Assembly (NCBI GenBank): GCA_951406725.2
Contig: OX597818.1
Span: forward strand, 133,548,001 to 133,612,000
Direction of reading: 5' to 3'
DNA: 64,000 bases
Source of the DNA: Octopus vulgaris
Taxonomy: Eukaryota
In this document: piece by piece, positions 13,798 to 26,605 of the stretch
Numbering within the stretch: the first letter of the stretch is position 1
How the letters are laid out: the number at the start of each line of letters is the position of its first letter
Made by a program: the position numbers and the translations under genes
Notes under the pieces: generated by a model
Seen by the model: only the letters and a program-made list of their open reading frames with translations
The model's database searches: none
What the model was told of the DNA's origin: nothing

Positions 13798-13842
<45 letters not shown>

Positions 13843-14766
13843 AATTTTTGTTAGCTGCTTTTAGCAGGTTTCACAAAACAGGGGTGTGTTTTTCCAAATA
13901 ACTATTCAACTTAGCCAAACGAGAAAGTGGTATCTTTATTTTTTTTTAGCTATTTAAAAAAATTTTTTTCTATTTCTACAGATACATTGAAGGTCCCAAA
14001 TTACAAGATAGAAAGTGAAATAAGCGATTATTTTCTCTAGAGAAACTACTCTACTGTGATAATGCTGGGACAAGCAACTCACAAACATAGTACTATTTAA
14101 TATTATTTCAAGAAGACAAATAACAAGAATGTATTTCTCCTAAATTCTTATTTAAATACAGTAGAATTTGAACACATAATCTGTAGGCCACTAGTCCACT
14201 AATTTCAATGCTCTGCCAAGAATATAAAACAAAAACTAGTAGAAGTTAATTTCATAGAGTAACCTTAGTAACTAATCCAAGAAAGACTATGACTTTATAT
14301 AATTAACACTGGTGACTTTCTTAGATCTTCAGTTGAGAAAATTAAGATAAGCTGCAACTAAAAGTTGAAAGTAGTCTTTTAGTGAGGTTATTTCATAAAA
14401 ACAAAGAGAGAGAGAGGTAGGGGTGTGAGAGGGGAGGTGAAGTAGAGGAAAAGAATTTCCTGCTAGTAATAACAAGGCAAGAACCAGGAATCAAAAATCA
14501 TATAATTAGGTGTTCTTTAATGAAGAATAAAGTGTTGATAAAAGAGGAGAACAGAGAAGAATGGCAAATTCTTATGTTTACCAATCAGGAGTGAGAAAAG
14601 GGAGGGAAAGAGCATTTCAATTGGTGAATTTTCTGGCGTCGTACACATTAAAATAAATGAAATAAATTAATACTAATTTATAGATGGAGACATTTCATAG
14701 TAATTCTTTCTCTATATTTATTGATCTGCCTATGTAACTCTCTCTTTCTCCTTAATATATATATAT

Positions 14767-14819
<53 letters not shown>

Positions 14820-15213
14820 TATATATAGTTTGTTTCGTTTTTATTTTATCAACATTTTGTCAGCTTTTAACTATAATAGTGAAAGTTAGTATAGTAAAAA
14901 TGTTTGGGTCTAGATTAACTTTTGAATTGTTCTAATGGTGAATAAAGTTAGCCTTTATTGTAAAACAAACAGTGACAACTTCTACAATTGTCATTACTTT
15001 GTAAGAAATTAAGAATGATCTTGATATGTAGTTATAGCTCTGTGTGTGTAGGGGAAAGTATTTGCAGATGGGAGAAAGTTGACTTTTTCTATCCAAATTG
15101 AGTTTTTATGCTGTTATTTATAAATTTATGTGATGTGCCTCAAAAGCCAATGTTTCAAAAAGAATTATTTTATGTTTTCTTGAAAGTTTATAAAATTCTT
15201 ATATCAACAATGT

Positions 15214-15254
<41 letters not shown>

Positions 15255-15279
15255 AAGAGAGAGAGAGGGAGAGATGCAG

Positions 15280-15960
15280 CAGAATCAGAGGAAGGTTAAT
15301 GGAGAAAGTAGTGTTTGTATGTGGAGGTGCACAGGTGCTGTAAAGACTAAGGATACATGGGAAATTGATTCTCTCAAATGCCCCGAAGACTCCCTAGAGT
15401 TAGTAGAAAGTATCTGTTACCTAGGGGACCTAATTAGCAGTGGAGGAGGATGTTCTGAAGTGTAGTTGCTAGAATAAGAATAGGGTGGGGAATGTTCAGA
15501 GTGCTGTTACTTCTGTTAGTAACAATAGGTCTCACTTTCTGAGTGAAAGGCAGATTCTATGATGCTTGTGCACATAAAACAATGCTACGTAGTACTGAGA
15601 TGTGGACTTTGGATGCAGAGGACATGCAAAGACTAGAGATAAATGAAGCTAGTATGCTCCATTGAATGTGCAATATCAATGTAAATGTACAACAAAGTGC
15701 TAATGTATTGAGAGAGAAGTTAAGCATAAGAGGAATCAGATGTAGTGTGCAAGGGAGAAGAGTGTGTTGGTTTGGTCATGTGGTGAGTATGGATGAGGAC
15801 AATTAAATAACGAAGTGCTAATCACTTAAAGTGGATATAACTTTTGGAAGAAGAAGACCCAGGAAGACATCTCAAAATGTTGAGCTTTACAGGAGGAGAT
15901 GACAAAGGAGTGAGATGACTGGTATTTTAGTGTGCTTGAGAAGATCCATCCATTACAGCA
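15280..15960 (+). mobile_element. Decayed RTE-clade LINE, RT C-terminal region
   Basis: LELVESICYLGDLISSGGGCSE..ARIRIGW...VKGRFYDAC...STEMW...RLEINEASML...LREKL...RRVCWFGHV...GRRRPRKT, with stops and frameshifts. Confidence 0.85.
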
Positions 15961-16544
15961 GAAAATGTTATCCTAAAACCACCTAGTTTTGCTCGTACAT
16001 GCAGGGCTCTGCTCCTGCTTTCTCCCTATTTGGCACACTCCCCTCATGCTCATCCACTAACACCTATCACTCCCTCATCTATGATACTACACAAATACTG
16101 TAGAATAGAGTAGAATCCACACCCTGCTTACTTGTCCCCACAAAACCACTTCCATTCTTCATTATCATCCCTGCCCACACTATTTCTACAAATTACCTCC
16201 TTGCTTACCTTCAGCCATTGCTCTCTCCTGTTTTCTATATTCCATTCTTAACACATCTCTTACCTGCTTTCTTAATAGCCTGTCATATCTATCATCATGC
16301 CCCACTTACTATAGCCCCTTATATATCCCTACATATCTCTCTTTCTACAGTGCTTCAACACCTTGCACCTCATGCTACTACTTTCTGACCTATTGTCTTT
16401 CCTGAGCCACTCTTACATCTCCCACCTTACCCCCTCTATACTGGTATTCCCCTTCAGCTAATTCTTTGTTTGCAAGGATGAAATACTGTTGTTTCCATAG
16501 CTTCCTTATTTATACATTATGCACCATCCGATAGTGGCCATTTG

Positions 16545-16757
16545 CCAGCCTTGTCTAGCACCTGTGCAGGTGGCACGTAAAAAGCACCCACTACACTCAC
16601 GGAGTGGTTGGTGTTAGGAAGGGCATCCAGCTGTAGAAACACTGCCAGATAAGACTGGGCCTGGCGCAGCCTACTGGCTTCCCAGACCCCAGTTGAACCG
16701 TCCAACCCATGCTAGCATGGAAAACGGACGTTAAACGATGATGATGATGATGATGAC
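16545..16757 (+). mobile_element. RTE-LINE 3' UTR/tail with (GAT)n
   Basis: gcatccagctgtagaaacactgccag...ccgtccaacccatgctagcatggaaaacggacgttaaacgatgatg. Confidence 0.75.
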
Positions 16758-17684
16758 ATAGGTATAAGTATACCATAAGTTATTTAGTTATCTGTATGGT
16801 CATGTCCACTGGTGTTACTACACTTTAAAAAGTGCAGACATCAAAAGATGCTCAACTGAAGAAGCCATCACCGACTTTATTGGGCAACTATAAATATATA
16901 TATATATTTATTTATATACATATATATGCATGTGTGTGTGTGGGGAAGCTTTAGGTAGCTTGAACTCATCCTAATATATTACAGCTATTTCTTTTATATC
17001 AACATGTATTAATGAAAAACAAAGGCTTTCTCAATATTTGTGTTCAAAATGTCATAAATGTTTTAAGGAATTTAATTCAACACCCAACTGTCTTTTGAAT
17101 ATTGTTCTACATGTATTTAAACTGATATTAAGATATTCTCATAAAAAACTGCATTACCATTGATGTGAATTTGTCTCAGATTTCTTGTTCATCAAGTAAA
17201 TATCCTAATCATTACAAACAAAGATGTCATTAAGCTTACACATATATACTGTAATTATCAATACACCTAAGATGATACAAACCGAATTCTTTAATCAGCA
17301 ATTCTACATTCTATCAAGCTAGTCAGTTCAACATTCTATCAATTGGTCAGAGGTGGCAGCCCTCAAGACAAGTGTACTTTGTCCTGAGGGATGCAATCCA
17401 AGCAACAACTTAGAAAATTTCATAATCATAATATAATAACGGAATGAAACAAAATACGTAATGGAGCATTTTGAATAAGCAGCAGAGTGGGGTATCTTCG
17501 ATATCTTGGAATTTAAAAACTGCCTTTGTTTCCATACAACATTCCTTTCTTTTATGTGTCATCCACACTGTTAGTTTACTATTAGATTAACAGTATGAGG
17601 AAAACATCAAGGAGAGGAATTTCAAGTTAATTGAGTTTGATTAGCTATGTTTTAACCTAAAACAAAGAAAAGACAGTAAAAGAT

Positions 17685-17721
17685 ATATGTGTGTGTGCAC
17701 ATGTGTGTGTGTATATATGGA

Positions 17722-17775
<54 letters not shown>

Positions 17776-17816
17776 AGATGTATGTGTATATATATATATA
17801 TATATATATGGATGTA

Positions 17817-17859
<43 letters not shown>

Positions 17860-17943
17860 GTGTGCGTGTCTTTATATATATATGTGCATGTATTGTATAT
17901 ATATGTGTGTGTATGTATATATGTGTAGGTTTGTATGTATGTA

Positions 17944-17990
<47 letters not shown>
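17685..17990. repeat. Compound (TG)n/(TA)n microsatellite
   Basis: Directly visible. Confidence 0.95.
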
Positions 17991-19214
17991 GAAGAGTAAG
18001 GGCATGGATTTGTACAGTGTATAGCCAAAGTTTGTCATCTCAAAACATAAAAATTCCATAGTGCCACTATGAAAGAAAAAAATAAACAAAAATATTCAAA
18101 GCTTTCTTCTTTCTTTATTCATATGTCAAATTTTCAAGTCATAATGATTTATTTTTTTTACTTTTGTTTCTCAGAAATTAATTTACCAACGTCATAAACA
18201 ACATATTTGTGTATACTATTTTAAAACAAGCAAAATTACAATAAACATTTAGAAATAAAACACAAAAAAAAAATAATTAAAGATTTTTTTTTAAAAACAC
18301 TATAAAAGTTGGGGTAAAAAAAAATATCATCCAAAACCCATTAACAAGGATTATCCATTTTCTAAATCTGTACAATTGCTATTGTGTCAATTTGAACCCT
18401 TCCAGATGTCTTGATGAATTTATGCAAATGTATCCTTCAGAAATAACATAAAACTACAAAAGTATTTTCTATTACTGCTGTTATTGTATGGTTGTCTGTT
18501 CGTCTAACATAGATTGCAGATTCAAATGAAGGCCTTTTAAGTCTTATGATGAGTCAAACTTAAATAAAGTTAATAATTTCAGTCTTATGAATAATATTTA
18601 TTTTTTATTTTTTTTATTTGAATCTTTCTTATATTTATATAAATTTTATTGATGACATGCCATCAATTTCTGAAAATGTTTATAACACAAAAATTATTTC
18701 TTAAGTCCTAGTCAATAAATAATTTCTTCAAGACAAATATTCAGCATCTATTTGCATCATTTCAAACAACTAAAACAACTGAAAATCAAGATTATTAATA
18801 CATGAAAGGCCAAAGAAAAGAAAAAAGTTAATATCCTAAATTTTGATAACTTAAACATTTTACTGTAAAATTGTTTATACAAAAGTCACATGCATGCACA
18901 CACATACACGCACACACATGCACACACACATAAATCAGTAGCAGCAGCACACAATCACCAGCATCACCATCATTACATTATTATCACCAACACCATCATT
19001 ATCATCATCCTTATTTAGTATCCAGTTTCATGCTGTTATGAGTTGGACAGTTCAACAGAATCTACTGAATCAAAGAACTGCATTACATCGTAATATGCAT
19101 TTTGATATGATTTCTATGGTTGAATGTCCTGCCTAATGCCAATGACTTTACTGAGTGTACTAAGTGCTTTTATATATTAATTTATTATTATTATTGTTGT
19201 TGTTGTTGTTGTTG

Positions 19215-19249
<35 letters not shown>

Positions 19250-19258
19250 GTTATCATT

Positions 19259-19381
19259 ATTGAGTGAGAGAGCAGTGCATGCCATCAAAGTGACACTGGG
19301 GTAAAATATACCCAGTATACCCATCATGACTACCCGTCTGATAGGGGTACACTAGGCAATTATTATTATTATTATCATTAC

Positions 19382-19430
<49 letters not shown>

Positions 19431-19664
19431 GAGTGAGAGCAGTGCATACCATCAAAGTGACACTGGAGTAAAATATACCCTGTATACCCATCATGACTAC
19501 CCGTCTGATAAGAGTACACTAGGCAATTATTATTATTATTACTATTATTATTATTATTATTATTATTGAGTGAGAGAGCAGTGCATGCCATCAAAGTGAC
19601 ACTGGGGTAAAATATACCCAGTATACCCATCATGACTACCCATCTGATAAGGGTACACTAGGCA

Positions 19665-19666
<2 letters not shown>
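19259..19666 (-). repeat. Three tandem copies (about 100 bp each) of the end of the 12.85-kb element, separated by (TTA)n
   Basis: gagtgagagagcagtgcatgccatcaaagtgacactgg...ggtacactaggcaattatt at about 19259, 19428 and 19565. Confidence 0.85.
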
Positions 19667-19695
<29 letters not shown>

Positions 19696-19696
<1 letters not shown>

Positions 19697-19990
19697 TGAT
19701 TTGACACAGGCTTGTTCTTATTCCTGGTAGTATTCATGTGGGTAGTGGGTTACTACTTGTAACCTTAAATATCCACAAGCTTTCAGTAGTCTTTCAAGTG
19801 CTTCAAACCCACACTGATAATATTTCCTGTCCCTAAGAAACAAACTGTAGAAGCACTACAGGACAATCTCTTCTAATCTCCTTCAACCATTTGTCTACAT
19901 CTTTACTTACAGTTCCCAATGCACCAATTATCACAGGCACAACCTTCACAGTTTTCATATTCTGCAGCACGACTCACTTTCAACTCTTTC
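19696..19990 (-). mobile_element. Dong/R4-clade LINE 3' remnant (restriction-like endonuclease C-terminus) with (TAA)n tail
   Basis: Minus strand reads NMKTVKVVPVIIGALGTVSKDVDKWLKEI...CPVVLLQ..CFLGTG, followed by a short UTR and a TAA tract. Confidence 0.75.
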
Positions 19991-20044
19991 AGTAAAAACC
20001 AAACTGAAACACTCAATATCGTAATTTTAAGTAATTAAAAATAC

Positions 20045-20509
20045 TCTGTAACAAAACCGTTTTTCTTTTTCTTTGGTCAGTAAGTTTTTATTTCCTATTT
20101 GCTTCTATCTAAAAATCAAAGAAAATTACTTTTATTCCCTTCAAACTTTGCTTTTGTGACTAGGACATCAATGTTTTGAAATTGACCTATTTTCCATTAC
20201 ATTTCAGACAGAGTTGCTGAAGCAGAAATATCATTATAGGAAATATTCTACTCAGTACCACAGATTTGCATGTCAGTTACTTAATCTTAACCACTTGAAC
20301 ACATCCCTTGGTGGCTGACAATACATGCATCTCTGATCATGAGCGGAAGTAGTGGGGGAGCACCATGTGTTGAGAGGGATTCTTTGGGGTTTGAATAAAT
20401 GTAACAAAAGCAAAGTTTGTAGGAAATATTAGCTATTTTTCATATTTTCTAGAGGTAAGCAAATAGGAAATAACAGTTGCCACCCAAGGACAAAAATCAT
20501 GTTACACAG
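20045..20509. mobile_element. MITE with diverged TIRs of about 115 bp and a captured internal fragment
   Basis: ctgtaaca...ttatttcctatttgctt...caaactttgcttttgtgac is mirrored by gtaacaaaagcaaagtttg...aagcaaataggaaataa...tgttacacag. Confidence 0.6.
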
Positions 20510-20673
20510 GCATAGGAGTGGCTGTGTGGTAAGTAGCCTGCTTACCAACCACACGGTTCTGGGTTCAGTCCCACTGTGTGGCATCTTGGGCAAGTGTCTT
20601 CTACTATAGCCTCAGGCCGACCATAGCCTTGTGAGTGGATTTGATAGACGAAAACCGAAAGAAGCCCATCGAA

Positions 20674-20726
<53 letters not shown>

Positions 20727-20967
20727 GTATGTATGTATGTGTGTATATTTTTGTATGACTGTGTTTGTCCCCCCAACATCATTTGACAACCGATGCTAGT
20801 GTGTTTACATCCCCATAACTTAGCAGTTCAGCAAAAGAGACCGATAGAATAAGTACTAGGTTTAGGCTTACAAAAAATAAGTCCTGGGGCTGATTTGCTC
20901 GACTAAAGGCATTGCTCCAGCATGGCCACAGTCAAATGACTGAAACAAGTAAAAGAGTAAAAGAGAG
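20508..20967 (+). mobile_element. SINE family B
   Basis: Full head, internal microsatellite and tail. Confidence 0.85.
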
Positions 20968-21277
20968 TGTAATATGTTTTAAGTATTTCCACGTTACTGT
21001 AAATAAAGTATAAATACTAAAACTAATATCTTGATCAAAGTGATGGATACCATTTTGAGTTATATTTGAGTCATTTGTTAAGTTGTATTTCAAATAGCAG
21101 CTTCATAAACCAATAACTTCTAAAAATTAATTTAGAAAATTTCTTAAATATTCTAAATCATAGAGGCAGTCTATTTTTGTCAATGATACTGGGGAATAAA
21201 GGGGATTGAAGTGTTACAGCTATTGTTTAAGAGACAGATGTCAGGGTTATCACATACTAAAATTTCCAGTGACTTGC

Positions 21278-21511
21278 CTGTTTTAGCTTGTCGCTCACTA
21301 CCTGCAAGGTCAACAAGATTCAGCTTCCCGGCTCTTATGTGCTCTTCATCAGAATCTTTCTTGGTAATCATCTCGAGTTGAATAGTAAATATAGAATGAC
21401 TGCGCGAAGAATCTTTATTCATCAGTGTGGCCCCTGTAGTGCGGTTATGCCAGCCTTTCTCCATAATTTTTCTACAATCTTCAACATTTTGAACTGTGTG
21501 ATAGGATAAAC
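21278..21511 (-). CDS. KIF17: Kinesin-2 (KIF17/OSM-3-like) motor-domain internal exon, 234 nt, phase 1/1
   Basis: Translates (G)[47 protein letters not shown]...[21 protein letters not shown](G), with switch I (SSRSH) and switch II (DLAGSE). Acceptor ttcattttgtag; donor CAG|GCAAGT. GW-x-[11 protein letters not shown] and RAGKLNLVD are KIF17-type rather than KIF3A/B-type. Confidence 0.9.
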
Positions 21512-22157
21512 CTACAAAATGAAAAATTATGATGATTAGTCTCTTTAATTTACAACAAAATTTTTATGAAACACATTTTCATCTTTCAACTTGCCCAGCA
21601 TGCAATGATGAAAACCTAATATTAGAATGTTTGGTTTAAAAAAAAAAAATCTTAAAATCCTATTTTAATTATCTGTGCTTCTAATTTGTGAATTCATTAT
21701 TATTAAAATGTAAAAAGCTTAAAAAGAAATTAACAGAATTTTAGTACAAATCTCAAATATTTGAAATTTTAATAGTCCATTAAAACAGTTGGTACAACAC
21801 AATTATAGTAAATCACAGGATTGGCATAATTGGCAAAAAATTTAGCTGTTTACTCAATTTCATTTCAGAGCGATATCCTCTATTATGGAATTTTATACTA
21901 TGTACATTATACAGATTATATAGAAGCTATAAATACAGGTACCTTATCTTATGGAACAAACAATTGTAAGTGGGAAGAAAATTTGAATGTCCTACTTTTT
22001 ATGTCTGAGGGCATGTAAATTTTTAATGTCTATTGTGACAGCAAAATAAAAGTTTGGGAGATTAATCTATCCTATCATTCTTCATTTTGAACAATTAATA
22101 ATTCTGTTATTCAGACAGCTTCAGATCTAACTAAGCATTTTCTTTGGAGTCTTTTTT

Positions 22158-22570
22158 GGAGTGGCTGTGTGGTAAGTAGCTTGCTTACCAACCACATGGT
22201 TCCAGGTTCAGTCCCACTGCGTGGCACCTTGGGCAAGTGTCTTCTGCTATAGCCCTGGGCCGACCAAAGCCTTATGAGTGGATTTGGTAGACGGAAACTG
22301 AAAGAAGCCTGTCGTATATATATATATATATATAGATATATATATATATATGCATGTGTGTGTTTGTGTGTCGGTGTTTGTCCCCTAGCATTGCTTGACA
22401 ACCAATGGTGGTGTGTTTATGTCCCCGTCACTTAGCGGTTCGGCAAAAAGAGACCGATAGAATAAGTACTGGGCTTACAAAAGAATAAGTCCCGGGATCG
22501 ATTTGCTCGATTAAAGGCAGTGCACCAGCATGGCCGCAGTCAAAATGACTGAAACAAGTAAAAAAAAAAA
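22158..22570 (+). mobile_element. SINE family B
   Basis: Head, internal microsatellite and tail present. Confidence 0.85.
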
Positions 22571-22694
22571 TAGACATTTTTATGTAATTTTGGTAAATAT
22601 ATCTGTTAAAATGAGATGTCAATGTTATTTTCATTTTTGCTTAATTTAGATGACAGTTTATTCACTGCACCCCATGTGTGTGTGTATGTGTATG

Positions 22695-22730
<36 letters not shown>

Positions 22731-23588
22731 TACATACATACATACATACATACATACATACATACATACATACATACATACATACATACACACACACATA
22801 CACACACACACAAATATATGTGTATCTGTGAGGGAGTTATCTGTTTACATTTGTACTTCTCTGAAAAATCATAATCCACAAGCAGTGATGTTATCATTTC
22901 TGTAAACAAATTATCTACTGGCTTTGCAGTTTGCAAGATGTAAAATTAGATATCTCCTACATAAAAAGAACAAGGAAGTGTTAATGATATGAAGAACATT
23001 TCAGCTGTAAAAAATATACCAATAATATAATCATCTAACCCATTATATCATTGGAAAAAAAAAACTAACATAAAAATAAAGCGACAAACATTCAACTATG
23101 CTTCAGGCAAAATGCTTCAACCTTCTATGAAAACATTGATGTGAAGTGATTTTATTCACCAAGAACTGGACCATCATTGAAATAAAATGACAAAAACATC
23201 AATCTTGAATTTACCCATGAATTTCAAATATTAAAGTTAAACGAAAATAGGTTAGAAGTTAACTTTGAGGAATGCCTACCTTGACTGAATTCCAGAATAC
23301 TATTGCTACTGTCACCATGATTAAGATAATACAAAATAGGTAATTCCTGTAAAAAAATAGTACTCAATAAAGAAAATTAACCTGGTCCTAAATGTGTCAT
23401 TAATTGAAAAAAAAATTCTTTCTTTTCTAAATTTTCGTTTTAATCAAACAAATACTGTAAATCTTTGAAATGTCATATTTTCACACAAACATGTTGATAA
23501 CAAAATTATTAAAGAATTCCTATGAGATGTATGTAAAAAATATCCTACAAGAAATGTATGTATGTATATATATATATATTTTTTTTTT

Positions 23589-23793
23589 TTACTACCCACA
23601 AGGGGCTAAACAAGGACAGACAAATGGATTAAGTCGATTACATCGACCCCAGTGCGTAACTGGTACTTAATTTATCGACCCCCGAAAGGATGAAAGGCAA
23701 AGTCGATCTTGGCAGAATTTGAACCCAGAATGAAACAGCAGACGAAATACAGCTACGCATTTCGCCTGGCATGCTAACGTTTCTGCCAGCTCG
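23589..23793 (-). mobile_element. SINE family A
   Basis: Reverse complement of family A. Confidence 0.8.
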
Positions 23794-23805
23794 CAGAAAC
23801 ACATG

Positions 23806-23849
<44 letters not shown>

Positions 23850-23939
23850 AGCATACATGAATAATTATATGTACATGCATTTATCTTTTGCTCTGTGTGT
23901 GTTTATGTGACAACTGTACCACCAGTCTTGCTCTCTTTA

Positions 23940-25150
23940 CAAATATGTACAGACTGGATTCCACTTTCCCCCACCTTCCATCTTCCCACTGAAATGGACA
24001 CTAATCCACAGCTTCCAAACCATACTCTCTTACTCCACAACTGCTCAAACATTCCCTGTGCCATTTGTCCTCACCTTCAAGAAAGATAGGAACCTCAGAA
24101 ATCTCCTAATTAGAACTCCATAGCAACCCGGCCATACACAACCAGCCACTTTGAAATAGGCTCACCTATGATACAACATTAACAACACTACAACAATCAC
24201 TGGGCCTAAGTCACATTATCACATTACCTGAAATTTATCATTATCATCATTGTTCGACCGTGGTCGAGACAATGGAATTTACCATGCTACACCAGACTTC
24301 ACGGTCCATCATGGCATTATGGAGGTCCTGTTGCTGGATGCCTGTATCCCTGGAGATTACATCAGGGTAGGAGTGTGTGCGCCCTCTGGTATTGCGAGTA
24401 GATGGCTTCCAGAGGAGAAGAGTAGAAATTACTTCTTTTTCAGCTCTACAAGAATGTCCAGCAAACTGGACTCTCCTACCTTTCACAAGAGATGACACAG
24501 GGGGTAGTTTCCCATATATTTGCATTTTGGTTGGATGGCGCTTCCACGAGAGATTTTGAGCTCTCATAAGGAGGCGAGTGTAGGTTCCATCCAACCGCCT
24601 CTCAATTTATACTGCACATCTACCAGCCAAATATATCTACAAACTTTGTGTTACAATTCACATAAGGTAAACAGGTTGCCACCTAGCCAATTACAATTGC
24701 AAACGCATTCAAAACATACTACTACATAAACCAGGGCAACAGCTACAAACTTCAACGCACAATTTGAAATGTTGAATATTGTAGCAAAATTATGGCAAAA
24801 AAAGACAAGCATAACTACATTACAGGAGCCACAATGATGAATTGGCTTTCACCTACTTTTATCAGTGTGTGGAATCGAATCTCTACACAGCATGGAGGAA
24901 CACTCAAGGCAACAGAAAAAAAAATGTTTCATTTTGAATCTAGGAACCACAACACAAAATGTTTAAATGAATACTTTCTTCTCCTTCACACCTTTTTAGT
25001 TCAGTAGTCTTAATTCTTATCCTTTAGCTCTGCCATACCTGCTCACTGTAATTTTCTCTTGCTCTCACTCTCACCTGCTTCTCCAAATGAAGAAGGCAGA
25101 TAATCTCAAGAATTGAGAACACTCCAAATTCCCACCAAGTGATCAGAAGT
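23940..25150 (+). mobile_element. Decayed Penelope-like element (linker and GIY-YIG endonuclease region), split by an RTE-type insertion
   Basis: WIPLSPTFH; FKKDRNLRNLLIR; TTITGPKSHYHIT*NL|YCTSTSQIY; KATEKK..FILNLGT; then a pyrimidine-rich 3' region. Confidence 0.6.
24239..24603 (-). mobile_element. 5'-truncated RTE/RTEX-type LINE with 7-bp TSD
   Basis: Open frame LDGTYTRLL..AQNLSWKRHPT...RRVQFAGHSCRA..E...LLLWKP...AMMDREVW; (TGA/TAA) tail. TSD aatttat at 24232-24238 and 24604-24610. Confidence 0.85.
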
Positions 25151-25454
25151 AAAGATCATTTCAATAGACCAGAAATCTACAGTGTATGCTATTTAATATA
25201 CACTATTCCTTTTTGTTGTTCAAATACAAAATACTGGCTACCACAAGTTATTTCTCTTAGATCATTCATGCACACACACACACACATATGAAATGATGTG
25301 AACATGTAAGAATACAAATTCTGGAGTAGATCCCAAACCAACAAAAGATAAAGTTGACCTGGTTGGGATTTGAACCCTGTGTGTAATGAAATGAAACATT
25401 TACTATAAAGCAAGCTATCTGATACTCTAATGACACCGCCAGTTTGCTGCCTTG

Positions 25455-25502
<48 letters not shown>

Positions 25503-26210
25503 TACATATAAATATATATATACATGCACACCCATATGTGTATGCATATGTATTCAGATATATTTGTTTTTTATGTATTTGTGCATATATGCATCTATGT
25601 ATATCCACAAACACACACACACACCTCTTTTTTTTAATATATTACATGAGTAAGCAAAACTTCCAGGCAAATACACGAAGTTGTAGAATTATGTATTTTA
25701 ACTTGACAAGCAAACACAGACAGCAATGTTGACAGAAAAAGTATATATTTCTTCAATAAAAACAAAAAAAATTTTTTTAAATGTCCATTTTTTTCAAAGC
25801 GTAAACATAATGTCAACTTTCTGAGTTAAGAAATAAGACAGTTTAAATTTACATTAGTTATTCCACTAAGAAACATTCTCTTTTGCTGCAAATTTGTTAA
25901 TTTGTTTAGAAAGATCAAACAAGGAAAAAAAATGATTAAATCTGATGTATTATAAAATCGATGGAAAGCGATGACAGAAAGCGATGACAGGTAATAGTTT
26001 GTGATAAAAAGACTAGTTTTGGCATAAATCATATGACAAAAAAAAACTGAATTTAAATAAATTAATTGCATTAAATTATCATGTCAAAGTAAGTATATGT
26101 GCATTTGCATATGAATACTTAAGAAATAAGAATGCATATTCATACAAGTGTATATGAGGGTCAGCAACTGTCTTAGTGTGATATGCATATATGTGCGTAG
26201 AGTATGTATG

Positions 26211-26258
<48 letters not shown>

Positions 26259-26289
26259 TATATACACAAATATACATACACACACACAC

Positions 26290-26322
<33 letters not shown>

Positions 26323-26323
26323 C

Positions 26324-26357
<34 letters not shown>

Positions 26358-26572
26358 AACACACACACACTCAGAGCATTTCCACATTGATGATGATAAA
26401 TGTATATTTGTGTATCTTTTTCTCTCTTTTGCTCATGCATGTGCGTGTACATGCACATACAAGCAAACATATATATTTATATATATATATATACACACAT
26501 ACATATACATACATAGACATCTATATATAAATAAATCTGTATATACATACATATATATATCATCATCATCAT

Positions 26573-26605
<33 letters not shown>

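Larger units (their letters stand above)
8603..21277 (-). other. 12,675-nt GC-AG intron of the kinesin gene
   Basis: GC donor at 21277-21276 (AG|GCAAGT) and AG at 8604-8603. Splicing restores the conserved [11 protein letters not shown] junction. Confidence 0.8.

Noticed and set aside
23280-23346. Candidate 67-nt minus-strand exon (tttttacag|GAATTA...TCAAG|gtaggc) that would join the 21.5-kb exon in frame
   Set aside because: Peptide ELPILYYLNHGDSSNSILEFSQ has no resemblance to the expected KLELKEHPDKGVYVK; probably chance splice-like signals. RNA-seq would settle it.
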